From assembly GCA_963765205.1 (NCBI GenBank), contig CAVXVB010000008.1, positions 1 through 64,000 of the forward strand: a stretch of 64,000 bases of DNA, written 5' to 3'. The translations under genes and the position numbers were made by a program. Below the pieces are notes generated by a model. It searched no databases and was not told where the DNA came from. It saw nothing but the letters and a program-made list of their open reading frames with translations. Positions 1-13,079 of this stretch are shown here, one piece after another (position 1 is the stretch's first letter; every line of letters starts with the position of its first letter). The DNA is from an uncultured Verrucomicrobiae bacterium (lineage in GTDB: Bacteria > Verrucomicrobiota > Verrucomicrobiia > Opitutales > JABDGR01).

Positions 1-124
1 CGCGCCGCCGTTCGTTCCGGTCAGCGAGGGAAGTCCAGATGTTGCCTAGGCCGATCGCCGAGCCGAGGGTCGCCACCAGCACGCCGAAGGTGGTGGTGAA
101 GCCGTCACGATTGATTTTCGACAT
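1..124 (-). CDS. Sodium-dependent transporter (NSS/SNF family), N-terminus; runs off window
   Basis: Manual translation MSKINRDGFTTTFGVLVATLGSAIGLGNIW, then (after an indel) FPSLTGTNGGA; matches the NSS TM1 signature GSAIGLGNIWxFP. Confidence 0.85.
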   Translation of the reverse strand, partial: MSKINRDGFTTTFGVLVATLGSAIGLGNIWTSLADRNERRR

Positions 125-297
125 GTTTCCCCCGGGCGCAGAACGAACCGCCGCCCGCATTCGATTATCCAGCACGCCCAGGCGCTTAATAATCCAGATC
201 AGGAATTTCGCGCTTGCCCTGGTCCAAAAGGCCGCAGCGTCATGAGCGACGGCGCGCTCGATCCGGCCAAACGCGCGCCCAGCTGGACCAGCGCATC

Positions 298-1194
298 CTA
301 TGCGCCGATCGCCGCTTCGATCTCGACCGCGGTCGGCATGCTGGTCTGCGCGCCCAGCTTGGCGCAAGCCAGGCTGCCCGCGACGACGCCGCGCCTCATT
401 GCGTCGGCGAACGGCAGGCCGCGGTCGCGCCCGGCGGCGAAGGCGCCGACGAAGGTGTCGCCGGCGGCGGTCGTATCGACGGCGACGATCTTCGGCGCGG
501 GGCGAGGAACTCGCTCGCCGGCGACGAAGCCGACCGCCCCCGCCGAGCCCAGGGTGACGATGACGGCGAAGCCGAAGCGGCGGGCCAACGCGGCGCCGAT
601 CCCTTCCGGCTCGCTGGCGTCGATCTCAAGCGCGCGGCCGAGCGTCGCCGCCTCGTGCTCGTTGACGCAGAGATAATCGAGCGCGCCAAGCAGCGCCGCG
701 CTCGGGGTCTCGCCGGGGCGAGGTTGAGCATCACCTGCGCGCCGCGCTTCTTCGCCAGCAGCGCCGCCGCCTCGACCTGCGCGTCAGGCACTTCGCGCTG
801 CAACAGCAACAGGTCGCCCTGACCGAACGGAAGGCCCTCGAGTTGTTCGGCTCTCGCCATAGCATTCGGCGCCAGCTGCGACGACGATCGCGTTCTCTCC
901 CGCCGGATCGACGACGATGAACGCCGCCCCGGTCGGCTTGGCGACCGTGCGGGATGCGCTGAGGTCGAGCCCGTCGGCGTTCAGCATCGCCAGCGCCGCG
1001 CCGGCGAAGGAATGGGCGCCGCAGGCCCAGACCAAGGCCACCTTCGCCCCGGCGCGCCGCGCCGCCAGCGCCTGGTTCGCGCCCTTGCCGCCGGGCGCGG
1101 TCAGGTAATCGCCGCCAATCGTGGTCTCGCCCGGCGCGGGAATGTTCGCCCGAGTGACGAGATCGATGTTGATGGAGCCGAACACGACGATCAT
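298..1194 (-). CDS. rbsK: Ribokinase / PfkB-family sugar kinase (frameshifted)
   Basis: MIVVFGSINIDL, GGKGANQALAA and C-terminal DTTAAGDTFVGA PfkB motifs split over three frames. Confidence 0.85.
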
Positions 1195-1723
1195 GGGCGC
1201 TCGAGCCTCGAGGCGGCGGCGGCCGCCTGGAGTGTCGGATAGCATTGTCGCCCAGCGAGATAAACAGGACCGCTCCTCGGTTCGAAACAAGCCCGTTCGA
1301 TCGCGGCCGCCGTGGCGCGCGCGACGTCGCGTTCCCGCCGACGCCTCGGCGCGCAGCGAGCGCTTTTCGACCGCCCTGACGAACAATGCCTTGGCAAGCG
1401 GCCAGGCTGTAGCGACAATGCTCTTGGACCGCGCGGGACCAAACGGGTGGCGACGGGATCGGCCGCGCGCATCGCGCTCGGTGAAATGAAATGCAATGTA
1501 ACGCATTGATTTCACACAGATTGGCGAAATCGGCGATTTCGTTGCGCGCCTCAAACGAAGCCTTTTGGCGGTAAAACGAAAGCGCCGGTTTCGTTTTCGT
1601 TTCGTCTCGCTTCGCCGCGTTTCGCCTACCCGCGTCGAATCGCGGCGCAGCCGCAATCGCCTTGAATCCGCCACCGATTCGGGGCATGAAAGCATGACGC
1701 GCCGGACGCGCGAGGAGATCGCC

Positions 1724-2491
1724 ATGAAGCTTCACTGGGCCGCCCTTGTCGCGGCGACGATCAGCTTGGCGGCGCTGGCGCCGCTCGCGCCCGCGGCGGC
1801 GGACGAATTCACGCCGGCGCAGAAGCAGGAGCTCGGCCCGATGACCCGGGATTACCTCGTCGGCCACCGAGGTGCTGCGCGAGGCGATCGAGGCGCTCGA
1901 CAAGCGCGACAAAGCGGCCGCCCAGGCCGAGCGGGAGAAGGCGGTCTCCGACCGCGCCGGTCCCCTTTTTTCGTCGCCCTTCCAGGCCAATGTCGGCAAT
2001 CTCGAAGGCGGCGCGACGCTGGTCGAGTTCTTCGACTACAACTGCCACTATTGCAAAGGCGCCTTGCCCGACATCGCCAAGCTGATGAAGGACGACCCCA
2101 ACCTCAAGATCGTCCTCAAGGACTTTCCCGTCCTGGGCCGGGCTCCGTCGAGGCGGCGCAGGTCGCCAGCGCCGCCCGCAACCAGTTGCCGGGCGACCGC
2201 TTCTGGGCGTTCCACACCAAGCTGCTCGGCATGAAGGGCCCGATCGGCAAGACCGAGGCGCTGGCGGTGGCCAAGGAAATGGGCCTCGACATGGACCGGC
2301 TGGCCAAGGACATGGCGAACCCGCAAATCCAGTCCGGTCTGCAGGAAATCATGGGTATGGCCGACGCGCTGCAGATCAACGGCACGCCGTCGTTTGTCGT
2401 CGGCCAGGAGGTGGTGGTCGGCGCTGTCGGCTACGACCAGCTCAAGGACAAGATCGACGCCGTTCACAAGTGCGGCCGCAGCGTCTGCTGA
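1724..2491 (+). CDS. DsbA-family thiol-disulfide oxidoreductase (frameshifted)
   Basis: GAGGAG RBS, signal peptide, VEFFDYNCHYCK CxxC motif, INGTPSF cis-Pro motif. Confidence 0.85.
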   Translation: MKLHWAALVAATISLAALAPLAPAAADEFTPAQKQELGPMTRDYLVGHRGAARGDRGARQARQSGRPGRAGEGGLRPRRSPFFVALPGQCRQSRRRRDAGRVLRLQLPLLQRRLARHRQADEGRPQPQDRPQGLSRPGPGSVEAAQVASAARNQLPGDRFWAFHTKLLGMKGPIGKTEALAVAKEMGLDMDRLAKDMANPQIQSGLQEIMGMADALQINGTPSFVVGQEVVVGAVGYDQLKDKIDAVHKCGRSVC

Positions 2492-2575
2492 GCCCGGGGC
2501 CCGGCGAGGAACGGCGAGAAGGGCGCCCCGCGGCGCCAATCGCCTCGACTGGAAGGCGCGCTGACGCCGACGGAT

Positions 2576-2650
2576 TTAGGCGTCCTTTACCAATCGAACA
2601 GCTAGCGGGTGTCGGATGAATTCCACATGGTCGAATTAACCTGACTGCAA
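2576..2650 (+). promoter_or_regulatory. Possible CtrA boxes upstream of Flp pilin
   Basis: TTAG-N7-TTAC at 2576-2590 and TTAA-N7-GCAA at 2636-2650 resemble TTAA-N7-TTAA; alphaproteobacterial pilA genes are CtrA targets. Confidence 0.4.
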
Positions 2651-2732
2651 GGGCCGCTGCCTAGATTGCCCCTGTCCCAAGCGGCGAAGTCAACGCGCCG
2701 GAGGGCACGCATTCTGGAGCAGGAGCAAGGTA

Positions 2733-2897
2733 ATGATCAAGTCCCTCAAGTCTTTCGTCGCCAACGAGCCCGGCGCGACCGCCATCGAATACGCGCTTAT
2801 CGCCTCGCTGATCGCCGTCTTCATCATCGGCGCTCTGTCGGCCCTCGGCACGAAGCTGTCGAGCGAGTTCACCGAAGTCGGCGCTGCGCTCAAGTAA
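2733..2897 (+). CDS. flp: Flp family type IVb pilin
   Basis: Not in the ORF track. Translates as MIKSLKSFVANEPGATAIEYALIASLIAVFIIGALSALGTKLSSEFTEVGAALK*, with G/ATAIEY motif and AGGAG RBS. Confidence 0.93.
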   Translation: MIKSLKSFVANEPGATAIEYALIASLIAVFIIGALSALGTKLSSEFTEVGAALK

Positions 2898-2920
2898 GCC
2901 GTTTCGACGCCAACGCTTTT

Positions 2921-2958
2921 AAACGCCGGCGAGGGCTGCCTCGCCGGCGTTTTGTTTT
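2921..2958 (+). terminator. Intrinsic terminator after pilin
   Basis: AAACGCCGGCGAGG-gctg-CCTCGCCGGCGTTT hairpin followed by a T-rich tract. Confidence 0.8.
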
Positions 2959-3059
2959 GCCCGCTCTGTGGACGGGCCCGTCGCGCGCAGGACACAAATC
3001 GGCGATTGTATTAAGGGAAGCCGTCTCGGATCTTCCCTCGAACTCGCGAGGTTCAGCGC

Positions 3060-3880
3060 GTGACCGCCTTCCAAGCCGTCGTTATGGCCGTCCTGCAGGG
3101 CGTCACTGAACTTTTCCCCATTTCCAGTCTCGGCCACGCGGTCATCCTGCCGCGGCTGCTCGGTTGGCCGATCGACGAGCGCGCGCCGGATTTCCTGCCG
3201 TATCTGGTCGTCATGCATCTCGGCACGGCGACGGCGCTGTTTCTCTATTTCTGGCGCGACTGGTTCGCTTTCCTCGGGTCGCTCGCTCGTCAAACCCGCG
3301 CTCGGGCGTCAACCGGCGCGTATTCGCCATGGTCGTCCTGGCGACGATCCCCGCGGTGATCGTCGGCTACGGATTCCGCAAGCTGCTCGGCGACGCCTTC
3401 GGCACGCCGACGCTGGCCGCCTTCGTGTTGATCGTCAACGGTTTCCTCCTCTATTTCGCCGACCATATCGCCGGCGAAGCGACCGGCGTCCTCGAACAGC
3501 TCAATTGGAAGGGCGCGCTGGCGGTCGGCGTCGCGCAATGCTTCGCCCTGATCCCCGGCTTCTCGCGTTCCGGCCTGACCATCGCCGCCGGCGTCGTCGC
3601 CGGCCTCAGCCATGAGGCGGCGGCGCGGTTCTCGTTCCTGATGGCGACGCCGATCATTCTCGGCGCGACCGTCCTCGAGGCGCCGAAACTGCTGCATCAA
3701 GGCGCGACGCTCGGCGGCGCGGCGCTCCTCTCCGGCGTCGTGGCCGGCGTCGTCGCCTTCATCAGCCTCGCGTTCCTCATGCGCTACTTCAACACGCATG
3801 AAATCTCGGCGATGCGGCCGTTCTCCTATTATTGCGCGGCGGCCGGGCTCATCAGCCTCGCGATCATGGCTTTCGCCTGA
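3060..3880 (+). CDS. uppP: Undecaprenyl-diphosphate phosphatase (frameshift near 3300)
   Basis: LQGVTELFPISSLGH and ALIPGFSRSG BacA/UppP motifs. Confidence 0.9.
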
Positions 3881-3968
3881 GTCCGCTCTTGGGGAAAGCC
3901 GGACGCGGCCTTACATAAGGCGGGACGGCGCGACGCCGCCGCTCGAGCGAACCGGAAGGCGAAATCCC

Positions 3969-4793
3969 TTGACCGCCGTCCTCGTCATACCGTCGCGATT
4001 GTCGAGCGCCGAACTCGACGAACTCGCTTTCGCCGCCCGCTGCCTCGACGGCGGCGGATTCGCCGCCCGACTTGCCGAGCGGCTCGGCCGCAGCGTCGAA
4101 ACGATCGGCCGAAATCTACCCGCCTCGCTGCGACGCTTGGGCGGCCGCGCCGCCGAACGCGCGCTGAGAGCCGCCTTCGTCGTCGCGCTCAAAACGATCG
4201 ACCACGGCGCCCCCGCCAAGGCCGCGCGCGGCGCACACAAAGCCGCGGCGGCCGCCTCCGGAGCGATCGGCGGCGCCTTCGGCCCGTTCGCCACCGCGGT
4301 CGAGTTGCCGATTTCAACCACGATCCTGATGCGCTCGATCGCCCAGATCGCGCGCGAAGAGGGCGAAGACACCGCGCAGCCAGAGGGCGCGCTCGCCTGC
4401 CTCGAAGTCTTCGCGCTCGGCGGCGAACCCGGCGAGGCGGCGATCGAGGGCGGCTATTTCGCGGTGCGCGCCGCGCTAGCACGCTCCGTCGCCGAAAGCG
4501 CGCGCTTTCTCGCTGGGCGCAAGATCGCCAGCGACGGCGCGCCGCTCCTCGCCCGACTGATCGCCCAAATCGCGGCGCGCTTCGGCCTCGTCGCCGGGGA
4601 GAAATTCGCCGCCCAGGCCGTCCCGATCGTCGGCGCGATCGGCGGCGCGGCGGTGAATCTCGCCTTCGCCGAATACTTCCAGACCCTGGCGCGCGGTCAT
4701 TTCATCGTCCGTCGCCTCGAGCGCCGCCACGGCGCGGAAGCGGTTCAATTCGAATTTCAGCGGCTGCGCGGGGAAGCGGCGCGTGCGGCTTGA
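3969..4793 (+). CDS. EcsC-family protein
   Basis: ELPISTTILMRSIAQIAREEG, ACLEVFALGG, AQAVPIVGAIGGAAVN; start codon uncertain. Confidence 0.7.
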   Translation: MTAVLVIPSRLSSAELDELAFAARCLDGGGFAARLAERLGRSVETIGRNLPASLRRLGGRAAERALRAAFVVALKTIDHGAPAKAARGAHKAAAAASGAIGGAFGPFATAVELPISTTILMRSIAQIAREEGEDTAQPEGALACLEVFALGGEPGEAAIEGGYFAVRAALARSVAESARFLAGRKIASDGAPLLARLIAQIAARFGLVAGEKFAAQAVPIVGAIGGAAVNLAFAEYFQTLARGHFIVRRLERRHGAEAVQFEFQRLRGEAARAA

Positions 4794-5062
4794 TTTCATC
4801 TCGCGCCGTGGTTGTATGCGGCGCGGCGCATGGGTCCGCTCGTTCGCAGATCCGCGCTTCGCCTTGTTTCCGCCGCCGAGCGTCGCGTTCGTTCCTCCGG
4901 CGATCAGGTTTTTCCAGCCCGCTCACATCCATGTGAGCGCATAGACCCTTGAGGCGAGGGAGTTTACCCTCTACCGGTCCGCAACGGCGAGCCGGTCCCG
5001 CCGCGGTTTCCGCCGCGCGGCGCGACGCGGCTCAACGTTTGGGGACGCGGAATCGAGCTGAG

Positions 5063-6274
5063 ATGCGAGTTCGTCGCTTTGCCGCGTTGATCGCGACGGC
5101 TGCGGTCGTCGTCGGCCTTTACGCGGCCTATGATCCGACCGCCGTCGGCGCATTGTGGCCGGCCGCCGGGCCGCTCGCCATGCGCCTGCACGCGCTGGCG
5201 CCGATCGGCTCGGGAGCCGGAAGCGGCGCCGCCCGACTGCGACGGCGGCGTCGAGGCCGCCCGTCGCCGTCGTCGTCGGCCACGCCGCTCGCAAAGACCT
5301 GCCATGGAAGCTCGAGGAGATCGGCACAGCGCAAGCGATAGCCTCCGTGGCGTTGCGGCCGCATTTCGACGCGACGGTCGACAAGGTGTTGGTCGCCGAC
5401 GGAGCGGAGGTCAAGGCCGGCGACACGCTCATCGAGCTCGACGCGCGCCAGGTGCGGGCACAAATCGACGGCGCGCAGGCGCAACTCGCCAAGGACCAGG
5501 CAGCGCTGGAGCAGGCCCAGCGCGACGCGTCGCGCTACACCGACCTCGTCGCCCGAGGAGCGACGCCGCAGCTCAATCTCGACAACGCCAAAACCGCCGA
5601 GGCGAGCGGCCGCGCCGCGATCCTCGCCGATCAAGCGGCGATCGAGAACCTCGAGGTTCAGCTCGGCTGGTCAACCGTCACCGCGCCGATCTCCGGCCGG
5701 GTCGGCGTCGTATCGATCAAGCAAGGCAACATCGCCAAGGCCTCCGACAACAGCGCCAACGGCGTTTTCGCCACCATCAATCAGATCTCGCCGATCTATG
5801 TCGCCTTCTCGGTGCAGCAATCGTTGTTGCCGTCGCTGCACGAGGCGATGGCCGACGGCGCAGGTGGTCGCGACGCCGCAGGGCGCGAAACGCAGCGCGA
5901 CCGGCAAGCTGGCGCTCGTCGACAATTCGGTCGATCCGACGACCGGCACCATCGTCGCGCGCGCGATTTTCGACAATGCCGACGAGCTGCTGTGGCCCGG
6001 GCAATTGTGCAACCTGACGCTGACGCTGCGCACCGAACCCGACATCGTCGTCGTGCCGCGCGAGGCGATCCAGATCGGCCAGAAAGGCAATTACGTCTTC
6101 ACCGTCGTCGACGGCGCGGCGCATGTGCAGCCGGTCGAAGTCGGCCGCACTCAGGACGGCGAGACGATCGTCCTCAAGGGCCTCGAAAGGCGACGAGACC
6201 GTCGTCGTCGACGGCGCGCTGCTGCTCATCGAGGGCTCGAAAGTCGAGCGCGCACCCGCCGAGGGGCAAGCTGA
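5063..6274 (+). CDS. RND efflux membrane fusion protein (MdtA-like, frameshifted)
   Basis: N-terminal [39 protein letters not shown]; stop overlaps next ATG (TGATG). Confidence 0.85.
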
Positions 6275-7178
6275 TGTCGCTGCCCGAACTCTGCATCCGC
6301 CGGCCGGTGATGACCAGCCTGCTGATGCTTTCGTTCATCGTGTTCGGCCTGTTCGGCTATCGCCAATTGCCGGTCTCGGCGCTGCCGCGCGTCGATTTTC
6401 CGACCATTCCGGTCACGCGTCGCTGCCCGGCGCCAGCCCCGACACGATGGCCTCGTCGGTCGCCGGCCCGCTGGAGCGCGCCTTCGCGACGATCCCCGGC
6501 ATCACGATGATGACCTCGTCCTCGGCGTTGGGGACGACCAACATCGTCATGCAGTTCGACCTCGATCGCAACATCGACGGGGCGGCGCTCGACGTGCAGT
6601 CGAACATCTGGCGACCTTGCGCAAACTGCCACCGCAACTGCCGGCGCCGCCGAGTTTCCGCAAGATCAATCCGGCCGACAGCCCGGTTCTGTTCATCGCC
6701 CTGGTCTCGAAGACGCTGCCGCTGTCGCAGGTCGACGACTACGCCGAACAGGTCTTCGCCAATCAGATCTCGCAGATCTCCGGCGTCGCCCAAGTGCTGG
6801 TGTTCGGCCAACAGAAGTTCGCGGTGCGCATCGCGGTCGATCCCGACGTGGGGCGGCGCGCGGGCTGACGCTCGAACAGTGTTAACGCCGCCGTAGCGGC
6901 GGCGAATTCCTCGACGCCGGTCGACGCCGGGCTCGGCAAGCGCCAGAACGTCACCGTCGACGTCACCGGCCAGATGACCCATGCGCGGCGGATTATCAGA
7001 CCTTCAGTTGTTGCGTGGCGCAACGGCGCCCCGGTGCGGTTGAGCGAAATCGCCAGCGTTTACGAATCGGTCGAGAACAAGCAGATCGCTGGGTGGGTCA
7101 GGCGGCGACCCGGCGATCGTGCTCGCCGTCTTCCGCCAGTCGGACGCCAACACCGTCCAGGTCGTCGACAACGTCAAG
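6274..7178 (+). pseudogene. RND efflux permease (MdtB/C-like), N-terminal ~300 codons only
   Basis: [14 protein letters not shown]...[31 protein letters not shown]; breaks after ...NTVQVVDNVK. Confidence 0.85.
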
Positions 7179-7842
7179 CCGAGCTGTTCTTCCGAAGTTT
7201 CACCAATTTCGGCTATTACGGCGGATACGGCCGCGGCTCGTGGTCGTCTTCGTCTTCCTCCTCGGACACCTCGTCGTCCTCGGGCAACGACCGGAGAGCT
7301 CGGGCGGCGGCGCCATCATCGTCATCATCGTCGCGGTGGCGCTGATCGCGCTGGCGTGGCTGTTGTCGCAGATGGTGCGGCTGGCGCTGTCGCGGTCGCG
7401 CGAACTGTTGGCGGATGCAGGGTCGGTCGAATTGACGAAAAATCCCGACGCCATGATCTCGGCGCTGCGCAAGATCGAGAACCGCGGCGAATTTCCCGGC
7501 GCGACCTCGGCGGTGATGGAATTATGCCTCGACAATCCGCGCGAGGGTTTCGGCGACCTGTTCGCGACCCATCCTTCGGTGCAGACGAGGGTACAGGCGC
7601 TGGTGAAATTGCCGGTGGACACGATCCCGGGCCACTGGCGCTGCCCTCGGATGGCGCCGGCAAGACCGGGCCAGCCAATCCGGCCACCGGCCAAGCCCCG
7701 CCGCCGCTGCCTTCCGGCCCGTGGAGCGACGCCCAGAGCCCCGCCGACGCGTCGCAGGGGGCGTCTCAAGGCCCTTGGGGCGATCATCCCGCGGCCCGTG
7801 GGGCCGCCGCTAGGCGGACCCGCCAGCCGACACCAATCCTGA
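7179..7842 (+). pseudogene. M48/HtpX-family metalloprotease, C-terminal half only
   Basis: LSRSRELLADAGSVELTKNPDAMISALRKI and FATHPS; HEXXH-containing N-half is absent. Confidence 0.8.
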
Positions 7843-8072
7843 CCTCCGCCGGTCAAGGAAATCGGCGGGATTGTCGCAAACGACCCTCTAGTCCATTGAA
7901 TTCCCCCTTGTTTCTGCCATGTTCGCGCCCAAAGCAGGGGAATCGCGCTGATCGGGGGACGAGCGCGAATTCGGAGACATGATCCACAGCGGATACGGAT
8001 TTCTCCGCCAACAAGCGGCCTGGTTTGTTCTAGGATCATGCGTCAGACAAAAATGGCGGGTAAGGGAAGTTC

Positions 8073-8831
8073 ATGGCGAAGCCGGTAGTGATTGTCGTGG
8101 GTGCTGACAAGGGCGGGGTCGGCAAGACCACGGTCGTCGCGGACCCTGCTGGATTATTTCAGCGCCAACAACGTGCCGACCCGCGCCTTCGACACCGAGT
8201 CCCCGCGCGGCACCCTGATGCGCTTCCACCCCGACATCACCGAGATCGTCGACATGACGACGACCGCGGACCAGATGAAGATCTTCGATACGCTGAACGC
8301 GGCGAGCCCCTCCGTCACCGTGATCGACGTCCGCGCCGGCCTGCTGTCGCCGGCGCTGGCGTCGTTGCGCGATATCGGCTTTCTCGACGCCGCCAAGTCC
8401 GGCCAGATCACTTTCGCCGTGTTCCATATACTGGGCCCCTCGATCGCCTCGCTGGACGAGATCGCCGAGACCGCCAATTTCATGAGTCGGCGCGAAATAT
8501 TTCCTGGTGAAGAACTTCATCAACAACACCCAGCTTCTTCGAGTGGGACCAGGCGACCTACAATTCCTATTTCCACCGCATCAAGGACGCCACCGAGCTC
8601 ACCATCCCCAAGCTCAACGAGATGGCCTACGAGCAGGTCGAGGTCGCCTCCGTGCCGTTCCTGAAATTCGTCGCCAACAAGGGCACCCACGACGAGGCCG
8701 CCAACTATTCCTTCGTGCTGCGCGGCTATGTCCGCCACTGGCTGGCCAATGTCTGGAGCGAATTCGACCGCATCAAGCTCACCGACCTGGTCGGCTCGGG
8801 CAAGCCGGGCGCGCGCAGCGGCGAAAAATAG
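8073..8831 (+). CDS. ParA/MinD-like P-loop NTPase (frameshifted)
   Basis: VVGADKGGVGKTT deviant Walker A, AFDTE and VIDVRAG strands. Confidence 0.7.
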
Positions 8832-8889
8832 TTGCCAATTCGCCGCCAAACGGCTGGATCAGGCGTCGATTCCGCCTGATATACGCGGG

Positions 8890-9558
8890 ATGGCCACGAC
8901 GCCCGTCTACATCATCTGCTCGCCCCGCCCGCTGGTCGGCAAGACGCTGATCGCGCGGCAGCTCAGCGAATTCCTGCTGCTGAAGAACGGCGAGGTGGCG
9001 GCGTTCGACATCAACCTGAAAGAGCCGTCGCTGCTCGAATACCTGCCTGCGATCACCGAGACCGCCGAGGTCGACAACACCTTCGGCAAGATGGCGCTGA
9101 TGGACCGCCTGATCGTCAATGACAGCGTCGCCAAGGTGATCGATCTCGGCTTTCACGCCTTCGACGAATTCTTCAAGATGTCGGAGGAAATCGGCTTCAT
9201 GAAGGAGGCGGCGCGGCGCGGCGTCGCGCCGGTGATCCTGTTCGTCGCCGACACCGACCGGGTTTCGGCGCGCGGCTATGCAACGCTGAAGCAGCAGATC
9301 CCGCTAAATGCGCTGGTCACCATCGACAACGAACACGTGGTGCGCGGCGAACTGCCGGACGCGATGGCCCAGGGCCGGATCCTGCGCATCGCAGCGCTGC
9401 CGGCGTTCCTGAAGACCTATATCGACCGGCTGACCTTCTCGTTCACCGGCTATCTGCGCAGCGAGAAGGATTCATCGACCGAACTGCACCAATGGATCCG
9501 CAGGAACTATCTCAGTTTTCGCGAGCTGGAACTGAGCCTGATACTGCAGCGGTCGTGA
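8890..9558 (+). CDS. Degenerate ParA/MinD-like protein
   Basis: IICSPRPLVGKT, AFDIN and VIDLG; same layout as the upstream gene. Confidence 0.65.
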   Translation: MATTPVYIICSPRPLVGKTLIARQLSEFLLLKNGEVAAFDINLKEPSLLEYLPAITETAEVDNTFGKMALMDRLIVNDSVAKVIDLGFHAFDEFFKMSEEIGFMKEAARRGVAPVILFVADTDRVSARGYATLKQQIPLNALVTIDNEHVVRGELPDAMAQGRILRIAALPAFLKTYIDRLTFSFTGYLRSEKDSSTELHQWIRRNYLSFRELELSLILQRS

Positions 9559-9601
9559 TGACGTGGAAAACTACATCCGGCATTTCCAGGCCTCGATAAC
9601 T

Positions 9602-9691
9602 CGTCATGGCCGGGCTTTGCCCCGGCCATCCACGTCTTGCTTGCTGCTGGGCCGAAAAGCGTGGATGCCCGGCACAAGGCCGGGCATGACG
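9602..9691. repeat. Rhizobiales-type intergenic palindromic repeat
   Basis: cgtcatggccgggc...cccggccatccacg...cgtggatgcccggcacaaggccgggcatgacg nested inverted repeats between convergent genes. Confidence 0.7.
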
Positions 9692-9751
9692 ACGTCAGCT
9701 GATCAAGCCTCAATTTCATGGGCTCCATTCGGTCTGACATGGCAAGACCGA

Positions 9752-12031
<2,280 letters not shown>

Positions 12032-12400
12032 CTATCAGAGACGATTTACCTGCCGGGGCCTGATGCGCGGGCAACCTCAGGCATCGCGTTGGCAATGTCT
12101 CACTCATGCGGTGAGCCTGCATGACTGTCAGGTCAAGAAACGAAATGCGCGCGAAGCCGGGCATCGCGGCGGTCGATGGAACCCGGGGTACGGGCCGCGG
12201 CTGCGACCGAGCCCGGCGGCGAGTTCCAGATCCCTGCACATTCCTCGAAGTTCCTCGCTTGCCTGTTTGTCGGGCCGCATGTCCGCTTTTCCTGAACAAT
12301 TACCGAAAGATGGCGGGTATCCTTTGACACAGATCAATCGATGGCCGTAACGCGTGCCGGAGGATTTCAAACGGGTCATTCGCGGCGCGGAGCGGCGGCC

Positions 12401-12940
12401 TCAGTGCCCCTCGAACGCCATCAGCGTCCGCACCGGCACGTCCATCGCCCGCAGTTTTGCCGCGCCGCCGAGGTCGGGCAGGTCGATGATGAAGCAGGCC
12501 GCGACCACATCGGCGCCGATCTGGCGCATCAGCTTGACCGCGCCCTCCGCGGTGCCGCCGGTGGCGATCAGGTCGTCGACCAGGATCACCCGCTCGCCGG
12601 GGCGGATGGCGTCGGCGTGCATCTCCATCTCGTCGAGGCCGTATTCCAGCGAATAGGCGATGCGCACCGTGGTATGCGGCAGCTTGCCCCGCTTGCGGAT
12701 CGGCACGAAGCCGGCCGAGACCTGATGCGCCACCGCGCCGCCGAGAATGAAGCCGCGCGCCTCGATGCCGGCGACCTTGTCGATCTTGTTGCCGGCCCAG
12801 GGCTGCACCAGTTCATCGACCGCGCGGCGGAAGGCGCGGGCGTCGCCGAGCAGCGTGGTGATGTCGCGAAACAGGATCCCCGGCTTCGGATAGTCCGGAA
12901 TGGTGCGGACGGAGGCCTTCAAGTCATATTCAAAAGTCAT
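12401..12940 (-). CDS. apt: Adenine phosphoribosyltransferase
   Basis: [37 protein letters not shown]. Confidence 0.97.
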   Translation of the reverse strand: MTFEYDLKASVRTIPDYPKPGILFRDITTLLGDARAFRRAVDELVQPWAGNKIDKVAGIEARGFILGGAVAHQVSAGFVPIRKRGKLPHTTVRIAYSLEYGLDEMEMHADAIRPGERVILVDDLIATGGTAEGAVKLMRQIGADVVAACFIIDLPDLGGAAKLRAMDVPVRTLMAFEGH

Positions 12941-12962
12941 TGGTCTCTCTTTTCAACTCGCT

Positions 12963-13055
12963 GTCATTCCGGGGCGCGCGACCGCGCGAACCCGGAATCT
13001 CGCGCCACAACCTCTGATTTCGGGTTCGCTCGTTTCGCTCGCGCCCCGGAATGAC
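12963..13055. repeat. Rhizobiales-type intergenic palindromic repeat (second family)
   Basis: gtcattccggggcgcg...gcgccccggaatgac terminal inverted repeat with internal aacccggaatc/gatttcgggtt pair. Confidence 0.7.
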
Positions 13056-13079
13056 GATCTTAGGAAATTCCCCATCATC

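Noticed and set aside
1195..1723. N-terminal extensions of ribokinase and DsbA ORFs
   Set aside because: Intergenic divergent promoter region; true starts at 1194 and 1724 fit family N-termini
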